In this document: piece after piece, positions 49,536 to 58,781 of the stretch
Position numbering within the stretch: the stretch's first letter is position 1
Layout: each line of letters opens with the position of its first letter
From: a virus
Lineage: Duplodnaviria; Caudoviricetes
Length of the DNA: 64,000 nt
Strand: one strand, 5' to 3'
Virus record (IMG/VR): IMGVR_UViG_3300021431_000090
Coordinates: 1 to 64,000 of that record
Position numbers and translations under genes: made by a program
Notes under the pieces: generated by a model
Databases searched by the model: none
What the model saw: only the letters and a program-made list of their open reading frames with translations
What the model was told of the DNA's origin: nothing

Positions 49536-49944
49536 TGCCAGTAACAGAGAATTGGAAAACGTACAGGCAGATACATAATGCTCACAGAAAAGGCGTATCG
49601 TTTGATGATATTGCGTTAGAGTATGATGACACGCCAGAGAATGTAGAAGATTTTTGGTATATACGGATATAAGAAAACTAAGGTTCGATTTCTATTTGGA
49701 TGAATTAAATGCAGTTATCGAAGTCGATGGCGAACAACACTTTTCACCAGATAGATGCTTTGGTAGTGATGAAAATGAGAGATTAGATAGGTTTGCATGC
49801 ATTGTAAAACATGATCAGATTAAAGATAATTACTGCCTTTGTAATGCCATTCCGATAATTCGAGTGTCCTATCTCGATTTTAAAAGCAAAGAATGGAAGT
49901 CATTGATCGATAATTTTATTGCATTATTTGATGATGTCGCATAA
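49535..49944 (+). pseudogene. Broken PD-(D/E)xK / DUF559-like endonuclease remnant
   Basis: A 45-aa ORF (49535-49672) is out of frame with the C-terminal fragment LRFDFYL...IEVDGEQHF...D.IK..YC...IIRV; the junction is at a T5 run. Confidence 0.5.
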
Positions 49945-49962
49945 AGAATGAAAGGAGTTCAA

Positions 49963-50157
49963 ATGATTAAGTTTTCCAGATGGCAGGTTTTCAAACGTCT
50001 GCATGACGAGATGGTAGTCTGCAAAAATTGTGAGAAAACATATTTTCTTGAGAACGGCACCGAGGAAGCGCGTGTGTGGTTTAGACTGCCTAGACGTTGT
50101 CCTAACTGTCATGCGTTCATGATTACAGATAAGTGCTGGTTCCCTCCGAAAGAGTGA
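49963..50157 (+). CDS. Small Zn-ribbon protein
   Basis: CKNC...CPNC; RBS AAAGGAG. Confidence 0.55.
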   Translation: MIKFSRWQVFKRLHDEMVVCKNCEKTYFLENGTEEARVWFRLPRRCPNCHAFMITDKCWFPPKE

Positions 50158-50161
50158 TTAA

Positions 50162-50401
50162 ATGAGAATTCGTCTTAATCCAGACCACTCCGAGCAGATT
50201 ACATGCTCTCGGTGTGGAAAGGAATTTACGTCACGTGGCATTGCAGATTTTGCGTTTGCATATATGAAGGATGGTATCCCGGTATATGTACAGCGCCCAG
50301 GAGTACTTTGCCCGGATTGTGAGGAGAATGAAAAACGGGAATCTGTAAAAGATAATTTTATAGGCGGCCCGTTAGATAAGGAGAACGAAAATGCAAATTG
50401 A
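50162..50401 (+). CDS. Small Zn-ribbon protein
   Basis: CSRC...CPDC. Confidence 0.55.
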   Translation: MRIRLNPDHSEQITCSRCGKEFTSRGIADFAFAYMKDGIPVYVQRPGVLCPDCEENEKRESVKDNFIGGPLDKENENAN

Positions 50402-50696
50402 TCTTACTCAGGTTATCATTGCTCTCATCGGACTCATTTCGATCATAATCACGTCGTGCGTTGTTCCGTACCTGAAAAGTCGTCTTACGGTTAGCCAGTA
50501 TCAGAGTTTAGTTGGTTGGGCTAAGATAGCAGTCGAAGCCGCCGAGAAGATGTTTAACGAAAGCGGTACTGGCGATGCAAAGAAAAAATATGTGAAGACG
50601 TTCCTTACTGAAAAGGGATTTGATTTAAACGATACAGAAGTAGACGTAGTGATCGAAAGCGCTGTCCTTGAGTTGCAGCGTGCACTTGCGGCTTAA
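50391..50696 (+). CDS. LL-H-family holin
   Basis: N-terminal TM, AVEAAEK...G..KKKYV, IESAV. Confidence 0.85.
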   Translation: MQIDLTQVIIALIGLISIIITSCVVPYLKSRLTVSQYQSLVGWAKIAVEAAEKMFNESGTGDAKKKYVKTFLTEKGFDLNDTEVDVVIESAVLELQRALAA

Positions 50697-50712
50697 GAAA
50701 GTGAGGCATATA

Positions 50713-51141
50713 ATGGATGCTATTATGGGTCTCACGCTCAGCCAGTTGATTGGAAGGATTGCAGGGATTGTTGCGGTGGCGTCCATTTTTATCGAGATCA
50801 CGCCTATTAAAGTCAACCCGATTTCGCATATACTGAAATGGATTGGCTCGCAATTGAACAAAGGATTAACTGAAAAAATAAACAAGATGGAAGAAAAGAT
50901 CGATGTGCTTGAGCAATCTAATGTTGTGTCATGCAGAGTAAGGATACTACGGTTTGCGGACGAACTAAGACGAGGGGAAAAACACTCGCAAGAGATGTTT
51001 GATCAAGCACTATCCGATGTCGACACATATGATAAATATTGTATAGAACACCCAGAGTTCAAGAACAATAAAACTGTAATGGCAAGGAAAAGGATCTTAG
51101 AAGTGTATTCCGATTGTCTTGAAAATAATACTTTTCTATAA
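50713..51141 (+). CDS. Holin-like / lysis-associated membrane protein
   Basis: IEITPIKVNP.S, RVRILRFADE, HPEFKN motifs common in Clostridial lysis cassettes. Confidence 0.65.
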   Translation: MDAIMGLTLSQLIGRIAGIVAVASIFIEITPIKVNPISHILKWIGSQLNKGLTEKINKMEEKIDVLEQSNVVSCRVRILRFADELRRGEKHSQEMFDQALSDVDTYDKYCIEHPEFKNNKTVMARKRILEVYSDCLENNTFL

Positions 51142-51168
51142 TGATTAGGAGAATGAAAGGAATTAGCT

Positions 51169-51780
51169 ATGGACGATAAGTCCAATACTTATTACTCGGC
51201 AAGCATCGCTGTTGCTATCTGCGGAATGGACTTCTGCATGCTTGCGACAGACGTTAAAACTAAACAGAATATTATTAAGGTAAATGATAACATACTATTC
51301 GGTGGTGTAGGAAACTTCTGGAATGATGAGGAGATCTATGAGCCGATAAAGCATAGGATGAACGACAGACTTTCTATTGTTGATGCCGTCGAACTAACAG
51401 AAAAATATATGTACGATAATTTGGCATATGTGATGACAATGAAGCGTAATTACTTTATTACTGGTAGGGATAATGACGGAATTTTTTATCTGATACGAGT
51501 CAGTCTTAACGAGGAAGAGAAAAGCGTTCAGGTTATCTCATACGTCCCAAAGGATAAAAAGCAGTTGGCAAATATGATAGCGCTTCCAAATTCACTGAAT
51601 GATATTGCGTATGTCTCGAAGTATAATTCAATGTTGAATATGATATGCAGAGACTCAGAATACATCCCAGATGTATATCTTGGTTGCGCTAAAATAATCA
51701 AGGAAGCAGCAAAGGATGATACGTCACAATCGATAAGTGACAAGCTATCACTTCTTACATTGCGAACAACCGAACTATAA
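51169..51780 (+). CDS. Ntn-hydrolase fold protein, proteasome-beta/HslV-like
   Basis: SIAVAICGMDFCMLATD...IIKVNDNILFGGVG...YFITGRD resembles the proteasome beta N-terminal signature. Confidence 0.5.
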   Translation: MDDKSNTYYSASIAVAICGMDFCMLATDVKTKQNIIKVNDNILFGGVGNFWNDEEIYEPIKHRMNDRLSIVDAVELTEKYMYDNLAYVMTMKRNYFITGRDNDGIFYLIRVSLNEEEKSVQVISYVPKDKKQLANMIALPNSLNDIAYVSKYNSMLNMICRDSEYIPDVYLGCAKIIKEAAKDDTSQSISDKLSLLTLRTTEL

Positions 51781-52039
51781 AAAATAAGCGTCCACTCTCA
51801 CTGTATCTGTGAGATGATGGGCGCTTTTCTTTCCCGCATGGTGGCTCGACGCTCTACTGTGCGTGTATCTAATAGTAAAGTTGGGCTGGGTGACAGGCAA
51901 AAAGAAAGCCTCCCAGAACGCAAGCTGACGCGAACTGAGAGGCTTATTATTTATAAATGAAAAGAGCGTTTAGTCGCTCTGATATCAAAACAATTTATGT
52001 ATGAGCAAGAAGTACATATATGTCATAGCTTCTGCTCGT

Positions 52040-52330
52040 AGTTCTAACAAAGTTCTAACCAATGTGGTTTCGAATTTTTCCAAGAATTCTTGGCTTTTGT
52101 GAATACAGCACAAATTTATCAGGTTTTTTAATATAACAGATTAAACAGTTTTTGTGTAGATTACACTAAATTTAAATGGATTAGAAATCGGACGTTGGGT
52201 TCGGGACCAAGAGGCCTCGGGTTCAAATCCCGACACTCCGACTGAAAAGTACCTGATTTCGTAAGAAGTTGGGTACTTTTTTCATGCATTTCTGAAGAGT
52301 TCTAACAAGAGTTCTAACAGAAATTCTAAA
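52040..52330. other. attP: core is the 3' half of tRNA-Pro(CGG) (52198-52241), flanked by arm-type repeats AGTTCTAAC
   Basis: ggttCGGgacc, aagaggcc, T-arm TCGGG-ttcaaat-CCCGA, cactccga; no 5' half; arms at 52040, 52051, 52298, 52310 and degenerate 52322; abuts the integrase 3' end. Confidence 0.85.
52245..52282. terminator. Terminator after the tRNA 3' half / integrase
   Basis: AAAAGTACCTGATTTC-gtaa-GAAGTTGGGTACTTTT TT. Confidence 0.75.
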
Positions 52331-52338
52331 ATGTACTG

Positions 52339-53496
52339 CTACAAAAGCTCTGCACATAGGTCTGAGCCGACCGTTTTTAAGTGCTGATTCGTCAAATGTC
52401 CATAAATATTGCCGGTTGTTTGGATATCAGAATGACCAAGCCACTCCTGAACATCTTTAAGATTATGCCCGGATTCAAGCAATATACTCGCACACGAATG
52501 TCTTAAATCGTGTAGCCGTATATCCGGCATACCGTGTCGTGCAAGAATCTTATGAAAAGTTTTCGTGATATAGTCTGGCGAGTATGGCCTCCCGTCATCC
52601 CATTTGAAGACATAATCATTTTTAACGTATCTGTCGCCGAGAAGCTTTTCATTGTTCTCCTCTTTCGCTTTCGCATCAGCGAATATCTTCTCGATCTCTG
52701 GCGTCATTGGATATGTTCTGTAGCTATCGTCTGTCTTGGTGTCGTCTTTCTCTACCAGCTTGCTGCATCTGCACACGACGTGTTTGATTACGACGCGCTT
52801 ACTTTCAAAGTCTAGACTATCCCATTTTAGTCCAAGCAGTTCGCTTCTCCTTAGTCCATACAACGCCGTGACGATGATAAGAGGAGCGAGAGGCTCGTCT
52901 TTGACAGCTTTAAACAGCTCCTTCATTTGGGCTGACGCATAGAACGACGGTTTAAATTTTTGTTTCTTCGGCCGTTTGATTCTGTCGACAGGATTATCTT
53001 GGATACGCTTCTTGTCTACAGCGTCGGCACAAATCACACTCAACACAGTGAGGTAATTTCTAACCGACTTATTCGATAGCGAACCGCCTGTTTTAACATT
53101 GCCGTATTCTGAGAGATGACTAGCAAATTGTTGTACCGCTTCAGGCGTTAAGTCCTGTATGTCAACCTTGTGCTGCTTGAAATATGGGACGATATGTTTT
53201 TCGACGCCTATCTTATAGCCTTGATATGTGATTGGGTCGTAAATGTGCTCGGCGTATTTAATCCATTCTTCAGCATAGTCTGCTACAGGAATCTTTTTCG
53301 TTGCCAATACTTCCGACGATACATCACGATACTCTTCAAGCGTATCATCGAGGAACTTCTTTGCGGCACGTTTGTTATGCCCGTCAATGCTCAGCTTGGT
53401 GGATATCCATTTCTGTTTCCTATTGCCATTCTCGTCCGTAATATTGAGTACGGCATAGTACATATTCTTTTTAATTTGTAAGCTTCCTGTTATCAT
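52339..53496 (-). CDS. int: Phage integrase (tyrosine recombinase no. 3)
   Basis: N-terminal arm-binding domain, GLRRSELLGLKW, LHDLRHS, LGHSDIQTTGNIY. Confidence 0.93.
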   Translation of the reverse strand: MITGSLQIKKNMYYAVLNITDENGNRKQKWISTKLSIDGHNKRAAKKFLDDTLEEYRDVSSEVLATKKIPVADYAEEWIKYAEHIYDPITYQGYKIGVEKHIVPYFKQHKVDIQDLTPEAVQQFASHLSEYGNVKTGGSLSNKSVRNYLTVLSVICADAVDKKRIQDNPVDRIKRPKKQKFKPSFYASAQMKELFKAVKDEPLAPLIIVTALYGLRRSELLGLKWDSLDFESKRVVIKHVVCRCSKLVEKDDTKTDDSYRTYPMTPEIEKIFADAKAKEENNEKLLGDRYVKNDYVFKWDDGRPYSPDYITKTFHKILARHGMPDIRLHDLRHSCASILLESGHNLKDVQEWLGHSDIQTTGNIYGHLTNQHLKTVGSDLCAELL

Positions 53497-53561
53497 ATTA
53501 CACCTCCGTTGAACGGAAGCCATGACATATATGTATTTCGATTATAAATGACGGAGGAAGA

Positions 53562-53744
53562 TTATTCAAGTACAGAGACAGCCACAAACCTAATCACCTC
53601 TGATTTTGGAATAAGGTATGGTTTACCAATATCGAGTCGTTTAATTTTCTTTTCTTTTACAAGCTGATATGCTCTATATTTTTTAACGTGCAGCATTTCT
53701 GCTAGTTCATCTATGTCAACTACATCTTTAAATTGTTCAAACAT
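53562..53744 (-). CDS. xis: Excisionase-like HTH protein
   Basis: DVVDIDELAEMLHV...AYQLV...YLIPKSEV; upstream of int. Confidence 0.8.
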   Translation of the reverse strand: MFEQFKDVVDIDELAEMLHVKKYRAYQLVKEKKIKRLDIGKPYLIPKSEVIRFVAVSVLE

Positions 53745-54060
53745 GCACTTCTCCTAAAAAAGCTGCAGAAATTTTATGACTTTGTGTAGTTTTCTGCAGC
53801 TATTTTCTATTCATTTGTGTGTCCCTATCTTCGAAATAAGGCTCTATTTAAATGCCTATCGTTTCTCCTGTTCACAATGTCTTCACCAGACGTTTCATTG
53901 TGCCCATCTACTCCGATAGGCATTAAAGACATTTAAGTTACTGACAACATATAACCAAAGTTTGCGCTATTTTACATATTGCTATGATTATTAAACAGAT
54001 CCCAAATAATGTAGAATCAAACTGTCCATTTAAATTACTACCAATTTACTTTCATAGAAG

Positions 54061-54204
54061 CTATGACTTGAGCAATATTAAGTAACCAATCATTCCCAGT
54101 ATTATTTGTCTTACTTCTGAAAAATTATACATATCGTCTGGGTCAAGGTCCTTCAACATCCACTTCGCATAATCAATCGCTTCATCGATTTTTTCGTTTT
54201 CCAT
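54061..54204 (-). CDS. 47-aa hypothetical protein (not in track)
   Basis: RBS GGAG; MENEKIDEAIDYAKWMLKDLDPDD... Confidence 0.5.
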   Translation of the reverse strand: MENEKIDEAIDYAKWMLKDLDPDDMYNFSEVRQIILGMIGYLILLKS

Positions 54205-54213
54205 ACTTCACTC

Positions 54214-54402
54214 CTAAAGTTCCCATATTCCAACAATAAGAATACAACAGGTATAAAGGGTAAATACCAACATTGAACCTGCTGCCACTTTATGAATCCA
54301 GTGTCTCTCATTGTCTTCATTGACAATTGATGAACCCACTAACAGCGGTGTCAGAAAAAATAGCGTATACCACAGTTTTGCCACAACTTCCACAATATCC
54401 AT
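54214..54402 (-). CDS. Small two-TM membrane protein
   Basis: Two hydrophobic segments. Confidence 0.55.
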   Translation of the reverse strand: MDIVEVVAKLWYTLFFLTPLLVGSSIVNEDNERHWIHKVAAGSMLVFTLYTCCILIVGIWEL

Positions 54403-54411
54403 ACGTTCACA

Positions 54412-54663
54412 TCAATCTGGATAAAAAGCAATGCTACTGTATATGAGGCCTTCATACTGGAGAACATGATATTCAATATCTTGCGATTGTTCTTGATTCA
54501 TAGACATTTCAGAAACTTTACATATAGAATTATCCATCTGTTTTATTGCAAACTCATTGTAACTTGTACTGTTCGACTGCTTTTCATTTTCTTCATCGTA
54601 CCTCGTACGAGGGCAAACATAGTAACGGCATCTGCCATACATTATACAATCTTCGCACATCAT
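54412..54663 (-). CDS. Hypothetical protein, N-terminal Cys cluster
   Basis: CEDC..C....C. Confidence 0.5.
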   Translation of the reverse strand: MMCEDCIMYGRCRYYVCPRTRYDEENEKQSNSTSYNEFAIKQMDNSICKVSEMSMNQEQSQDIEYHVLQYEGLIYSSIAFYPD

Positions 54664-54721
54664 ATTATTTTTGCCACTTCTCGAATACCAAGTCTATAGT
54701 ATCTATTACACACTTATGTTT

Positions 54722-54919
54722 TCAATCATCTTCATCGACCTTCGGACTATAGCAGCTCATAAACGGGTCGCTAGGCTCGCAGGCACTACACGGTTTGCCG
54801 TCACCAGAAGACGGCGGCTCAAATACACATCCATCACACGACCATGTATTTTTTGTTACATGGTCGTTTTCTTTTCTCTGTTTCATAAGTTTGTTAAATA
54901 TGTCAAGCTCAAGGCTCAT
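54722..54919 (-). CDS. Small Cys-rich protein
   Basis: CDGC...PPSSGDGKPCSAC. Confidence 0.55.
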   Translation of the reverse strand: MSLELDIFNKLMKQRKENDHVTKNTWSCDGCVFEPPSSGDGKPCSACEPSDPFMSCYSPKVDEDD

Positions 54920-55542
54920 TAGTTATCGAACCAGAAGACAATTCTGAAATTCTTCGCATTATCATTATACTTCTTCTCTTTTTCTTCTTCACTTAAGAAG
55001 TCCCAGATCCAGAACTCTTCTGCCATCCTTCCTTTAATTGCGTCCACAAGGCCGTCTAACACAGAGTATGGGACAAGCCAGCTTCTCTGTACATAGCTTT
55101 TGTCAGAAGTCCATCTGCACCATTCTTTCGGGATCGTGCCGAACTCATCAAGATAGAACGCATCTGTGCTGGAAATCATCCCGGTTACTTTATAAAATGG
55201 CCGTTTTGCTTTGTATGCGAATAATTCGCTAGCGAGAAACCAACTATGTGAATGCCCATCTGCTCCCCACCACTCTGACTCTTCCTTGACCTTTTTGCTT
55301 ACGTCAACAGGCAGCCCTCGTGGATCATCTATTGGCGTTACGTCTCCGCTGTTTCTAACGTCAGCGAGTGTAGCGAATAGTGTATAATTTCTGTCGCTGA
55401 ATATAGGCTCTACGATCCACTCTCTCTCACGAGTGTATGTATCATCCTTCTCATAGTATGGATTCAGTTTAAAATGATCACAACACCACCATTTGCCGTC
55501 AGGCAGCTTACATTCTGTGTAAACGTGGATATCGCATCCCAT
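54919..55542 (-). CDS. Conserved phage protein (MGCDIH...RNY.LF..LA.VRN...RIVFWFDN family)
   Basis: Characteristic motifs; RBS AGGAG before ATG 55542. Confidence 0.7.
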   Translation of the reverse strand: MGCDIHVYTECKLPDGKWWCCDHFKLNPYYEKDDTYTREREWIVEPIFSDRNYTLFATLADVRNSGDVTPIDDPRGLPVDVSKKVKEESEWWGADGHSHSWFLASELFAYKAKRPFYKVTGMISSTDAFYLDEFGTIPKEWCRWTSDKSYVQRSWLVPYSVLDGLVDAIKGRMAEEFWIWDFLSEEEKEKKYNDNAKNFRIVFWFDN

Positions 55543-55553
55543 ATGTAATACTC

Positions 55554-55775
55554 CTATTCTTTTGTAGTGTGCACTGTGAATACTGACGAGAGCAGTATTA
55601 GGATAAGCCATACTCCAAATGAAACTTTCCATCCAAACCACGACTGTCCAAATGCACACATAATAAGATACAACATACCTGTTGTAAGCAGGTAACTAAG
55701 TGCTAACCCACCAACCAGTATGATTATTATCAATGCGGCTGTAATCCAGCCGCTATGATCTTTCTGACTTTTCAT
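55554..55775 (-). CDS. Small membrane protein
   Basis: Two TM segments; coupled to dut. Confidence 0.6.
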   Translation of the reverse strand: MKSQKDHSGWITAALIIIILVGGLALSYLLTTGMLYLIMCAFGQSWFGWKVSFGVWLILILLSSVFTVHTTKE

Positions 55776-56221
55776 GATCCTGTTGATCCAAACCCTCCTT
55801 CGGCGCGTTCAGTTTCATCTAATTCATCGACAGTTATGAACTCCATTGGCATATATTCAATAACGACAAGCTGGGCGATTCGCTCACCGCCAACAACCAT
55901 CTGTTCTACTTCGGAGTCGTTATGCAAAGCGACAATTATCTCACCTCTGTAGTCGCTATCGACAACACCAACAGCGTTAGCAGGTCTGAGTCCGCGTTTC
56001 GTTGCTACTCCGCTCCTGGCGAATATAGCACCGAAGTATCCTTCTGGAATACTCATCGCAAGCCCTGTATGTATCTTTACTGTCTGATGCGGCTTGATTA
56101 TGACGGATTCGTTATTATCCATGCATGCGTACAGGTCGTAGCCAGCCGCATACTCCGACCCGTGAGTAGGTACAACAGCGTTTTCGTTCAGTTTCTTTAC
56201 TTTGACTTCAGACTTCTGCAT
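55772..56221 (-). CDS. dut: Trimeric dUTPase
   Basis: AGYDL, RSG, GVVDSDYRGEI, RIAQLV, RAEGGFGSTG. Confidence 0.97.
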   Translation of the reverse strand: MQKSEVKVKKLNENAVVPTHGSEYAAGYDLYACMDNNESVIIKPHQTVKIHTGLAMSIPEGYFGAIFARSGVATKRGLRPANAVGVVDSDYRGEIIVALHNDSEVEQMVVGGERIAQLVVIEYMPMEFITVDELDETERAEGGFGSTGS

Positions 56222-56361
56222 TAGTTTTCGTCTCCATCGAATACAATTATTGTATATATGTTATCAATAAGCATCTCACATGCTTCCTGGCTATTATATG
56301 AACCTTCATAATAACCGCCAAGAAGTTCGTTGATGAGACTAAGTTTAATATCATCGCTCAT
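56221..56361 (-). CDS. 46-aa hypothetical protein (not in track)
   Basis: RBS AAGGAG; TAATG coupling to dut. Confidence 0.5.
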   Translation of the reverse strand: MSDDIKLSLINELLGGYYEGSYNSQEACEMLIDNIYTIIVFDGDEN

Positions 56362-56476
56362 AGTTTAAGTTATGTACTCCTTAAAATCTGTAATTATTAT
56401 TGTTCTGTGAATATATGTATGCCAGCCCAACCATCAGCAAGACCCAGATTGCGAAGTGTATCGTCTGCATATTGGA

Positions 56477-56749
56477 TTATCCTTCTGTGTATCGCCAAAT
56501 GATATCTTCCAGCTCATCAGTCCAGTCTATAGGGAATGATTTGTCGGCAATCATATAGCGATGCATCGCGTCAGCAATCTCAATAAGTCTCTCTGTGTCT
56601 CGAATTTTTCTGGGTTTGATCCCAAGAGGCGGCTTCACTCCTACTGTTTGCTTTCCCTGTTCATTCGGCATATTCAGTATCTCCATTCCGATAATCATCC
56701 TCTTCTTCCTCCGTATGTATATAGGTACTACGACGTAATTCTTCATCAA
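56477..56749 (-). CDS. Hypothetical protein (KPPLGIKP motif); start uncertain
   Basis: KPPLGIKPR...RL.EI..A..RY...P..W..EL. Confidence 0.6.
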   Translation of the reverse strand: MMKNYVVVPIYIRRKKRMIIGMEILNMPNEQGKQTVGVKPPLGIKPRKIRDTERLIEIADAMHRYMIADKSFPIDWTDELEDIIWRYTEG

Positions 56750-56898
56750 ATGCTTTCATCTCTCTGCTAAATATCTTATCCGAAACATCGGAATACTCTG
56801 ATACTATTTTTTGAAATTCGCTAATACGTATCTCATCATTGAGTGTTTTATTTTTTAGCTCAGAGAAAAGATTTCTAGCCTCAACGCTTGTCATTGAA

Positions 56899-57078
56899 TC
56901 ATTGAAATATGACATCGCCTTCATCTTCCTCTTCAAATATGTAGTATTCTATTTCCGCTCCGCAATTCGTACAGTGGCACGTGTGTATAATGCCTGGCCT
57001 TGCTATACCATAATCTGATGTATCGTAATCGGCGTCCCAAATTACGGTTTTCTCGCCGCAGTGGAAGCATTCGTACAT
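56899..57078 (-). CDS. Small Zn-ribbon protein (not in track)
   Basis: MYECFHCGEKTVIWDADYD...CHCTNCGAEIEY. Confidence 0.65.
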   Translation of the reverse strand: MYECFHCGEKTVIWDADYDTSDYGIARPGIIHTCHCTNCGAEIEYYIFEEEDEGDVIFQ

Positions 57079-57080
57079 AT

Positions 57081-57293
57081 TTATTCTTCTTTTGCCGTCG
57101 CGCAGAGCTTCATGAAATCTGGCTTGGATTTTTGATGGATGATACTCTGCATCTTTTCAGAAGCAAGCTCATGTGTTAAAACGGGACGTCCGAGCAACTC
57201 CTCAAGATATTGGTATGCATATTTTGTATTATCCCCGCTTAGCATACAGTACCCTGTATAAGCTTCTACAATTGCGCATTCTCTTATAGTCAT
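57081..57293 (-). CDS. Conserved phage hypothetical protein
   Basis: AYTG...Y.E.LLGRPV.THEL. Confidence 0.65.
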   Translation of the reverse strand: MTIRECAIVEAYTGYCMLSGDNTKYAYQYLEELLGRPVLTHELASEKMQSIIHQKSKPDFMKLCATAKEE

Positions 57294-57553
57294 TCAATCA
57301 ATCCTTCATACCCGAAGCTATCGAGTAGTCCTTTTATGTTGCTTTTAAATAAGTACGTATTAAGCATGACGCTTACACAGCCATCCAGATTTAGTATGCT
57401 TACACTGTCGATATCCATATCATACGTCTGGTCGCGATCTGTGTCCCCATGGTCAAGGCATATGTGAATATCTGCATCACCGTGTCCAGCCTCAATAACC
57501 CCGTTAAGGAACCCAGCGAGCTCCTTAACGGCCATCTTATTTGATTTAGACAT
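57290..57553 (-). CDS. Hypothetical protein
   Basis: Coupled ORF in the operon. Confidence 0.55.
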   Translation of the reverse strand: MSKSNKMAVKELAGFLNGVIEAGHGDADIHICLDHGDTDRDQTYDMDIDSVSILNLDGCVSVMLNTYLFKSNIKGLLDSFGYEGLIE

Positions 57554-57558
57554 AAGTC

Positions 57559-58761
57559 TTAGCCAATAACGGTAATACCATCAATGATAAGGTCAAAGTA
57601 CGGCGCAGACCTTGTCTCGGACTCGTGGAAGAATCCGTCCCAGATGCATTCATTACCTTCATAGAAAGCAACCTGGTCATATGTCGTCATCGTTTCTCCG
57701 TCTTTTGTCCACGTTGCGGTATCGAACACATGAAGTTCTCCGTTAAGGATAAGAGACTTAACTTCCTCAAGAGCATATGCTGTGCCATCTGCGGCAACTT
57801 TCTCGTTTAATTCAGTAAGCTCGACACTACCGGCCTCGATTGTTCCGCACCAATCAGTAGCATAATTACTGCCATCCTTAACAGAGCTAATTGCATACTC
57901 GAAATACGGCTGCCAATTGATTCTGGAAGAGATAATGTATGTATTCGGGCAAGCTGCAAGAGTAGAGCCATTGTAAGATACATTCGGAACACCAGCTGAC
58001 TCACAAGCATTAGGTGCACCCATAGAGTCTGCGTGCTGAGAAATAAGAACTGCGCCAGCGTCAATCAGCGCATTCGCGGCTTCCTTTTCTGCTGTTTCAT
58101 CAAACCATGATCCAGTGTAGATTACTTTCATAGTTACGCTCGGGCAAACGTATTTTGCACCGAGGTAGAAAGATGTGTATCCAGAGATGACTTCTGCATA
58201 AGGGAGAGCGCCTACATAACCAATAATAGCTTCTTCTGGCGTAATCTTTTCTGCTTCGATCATCTCATTGATTTTCATACCGGCAGCTACACCAGCGAGG
58301 AAACGTCCCTCAAAGATCGTGGCAAATGCGTTATGGTAATTGGCGATTCCTGCACTATTTGCGGTATCACCAGTGCATGACGTGAACTGAGTATCTGGGT
58401 ACTCCTGTGCAGCTTGCATGATAAATTGTTGATGACCATAGCTGTCAGAAAATACCACTGCGCATCCATCGTCAGCTAACATCGCAGCGGCTTCATATGC
58501 TTCGGAGTTCTCACCGACAAGAGTTTTAATTACAGGTGTTGCACCAGTCTGCGCACAAGCCTCTTTGAATGCTGTAATAAAGTTTGCATCATAACCGGAG
58601 TTTTCATCATGCAGGCAGATCAACCCGGCTTTGATTGGAGCGGTCGTTTCTTCAGCAACCGTTTCAACAGGCTCAACAACCGTAGCTGTCTTCTCTGAGC
58701 CGCAAGCAACAAGTGTGAGCGCAAGTACGCAGACTAAAACAAGTGAAATAATCTTCTTCAT
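57559..58761 (-). CDS. BMP/PnrA-family nucleoside-binding lipoprotein (ABC substrate-binding protein)
   Basis: Lipobox LVAC; EGRFLAGVAAG, IGYVGA, YTGSWFD..EKEAA.ALI, ISQHADS. Confidence 0.9.
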   Translation of the reverse strand: MKKIISLVLVCVLALTLVACGSEKTATVVEPVETVAEETTAPIKAGLICLHDENSGYDANFITAFKEACAQTGATPVIKTLVGENSEAYEAAAMLADDGCAVVFSDSYGHQQFIMQAAQEYPDTQFTSCTGDTANSAGIANYHNAFATIFEGRFLAGVAAGMKINEMIEAEKITPEEAIIGYVGALPYAEVISGYTSFYLGAKYVCPSVTMKVIYTGSWFDETAEKEAANALIDAGAVLISQHADSMGAPNACESAGVPNVSYNGSTLAACPNTYIISSRINWQPYFEYAISSVKDGSNYATDWCGTIEAGSVELTELNEKVAADGTAYALEEVKSLILNGELHVFDTATWTKDGETMTTYDQVAFYEGNECIWDGFFHESETRSAPYFDLIIDGITVIG

Positions 58762-58781
58762 TTCGTTTCTCCTTTATTCAA

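Noticed and set aside
52180-52245. Complete tRNA-Pro gene
   Set aside because: The 5' acceptor strand and D-arm are absent; interpreted as the attP core
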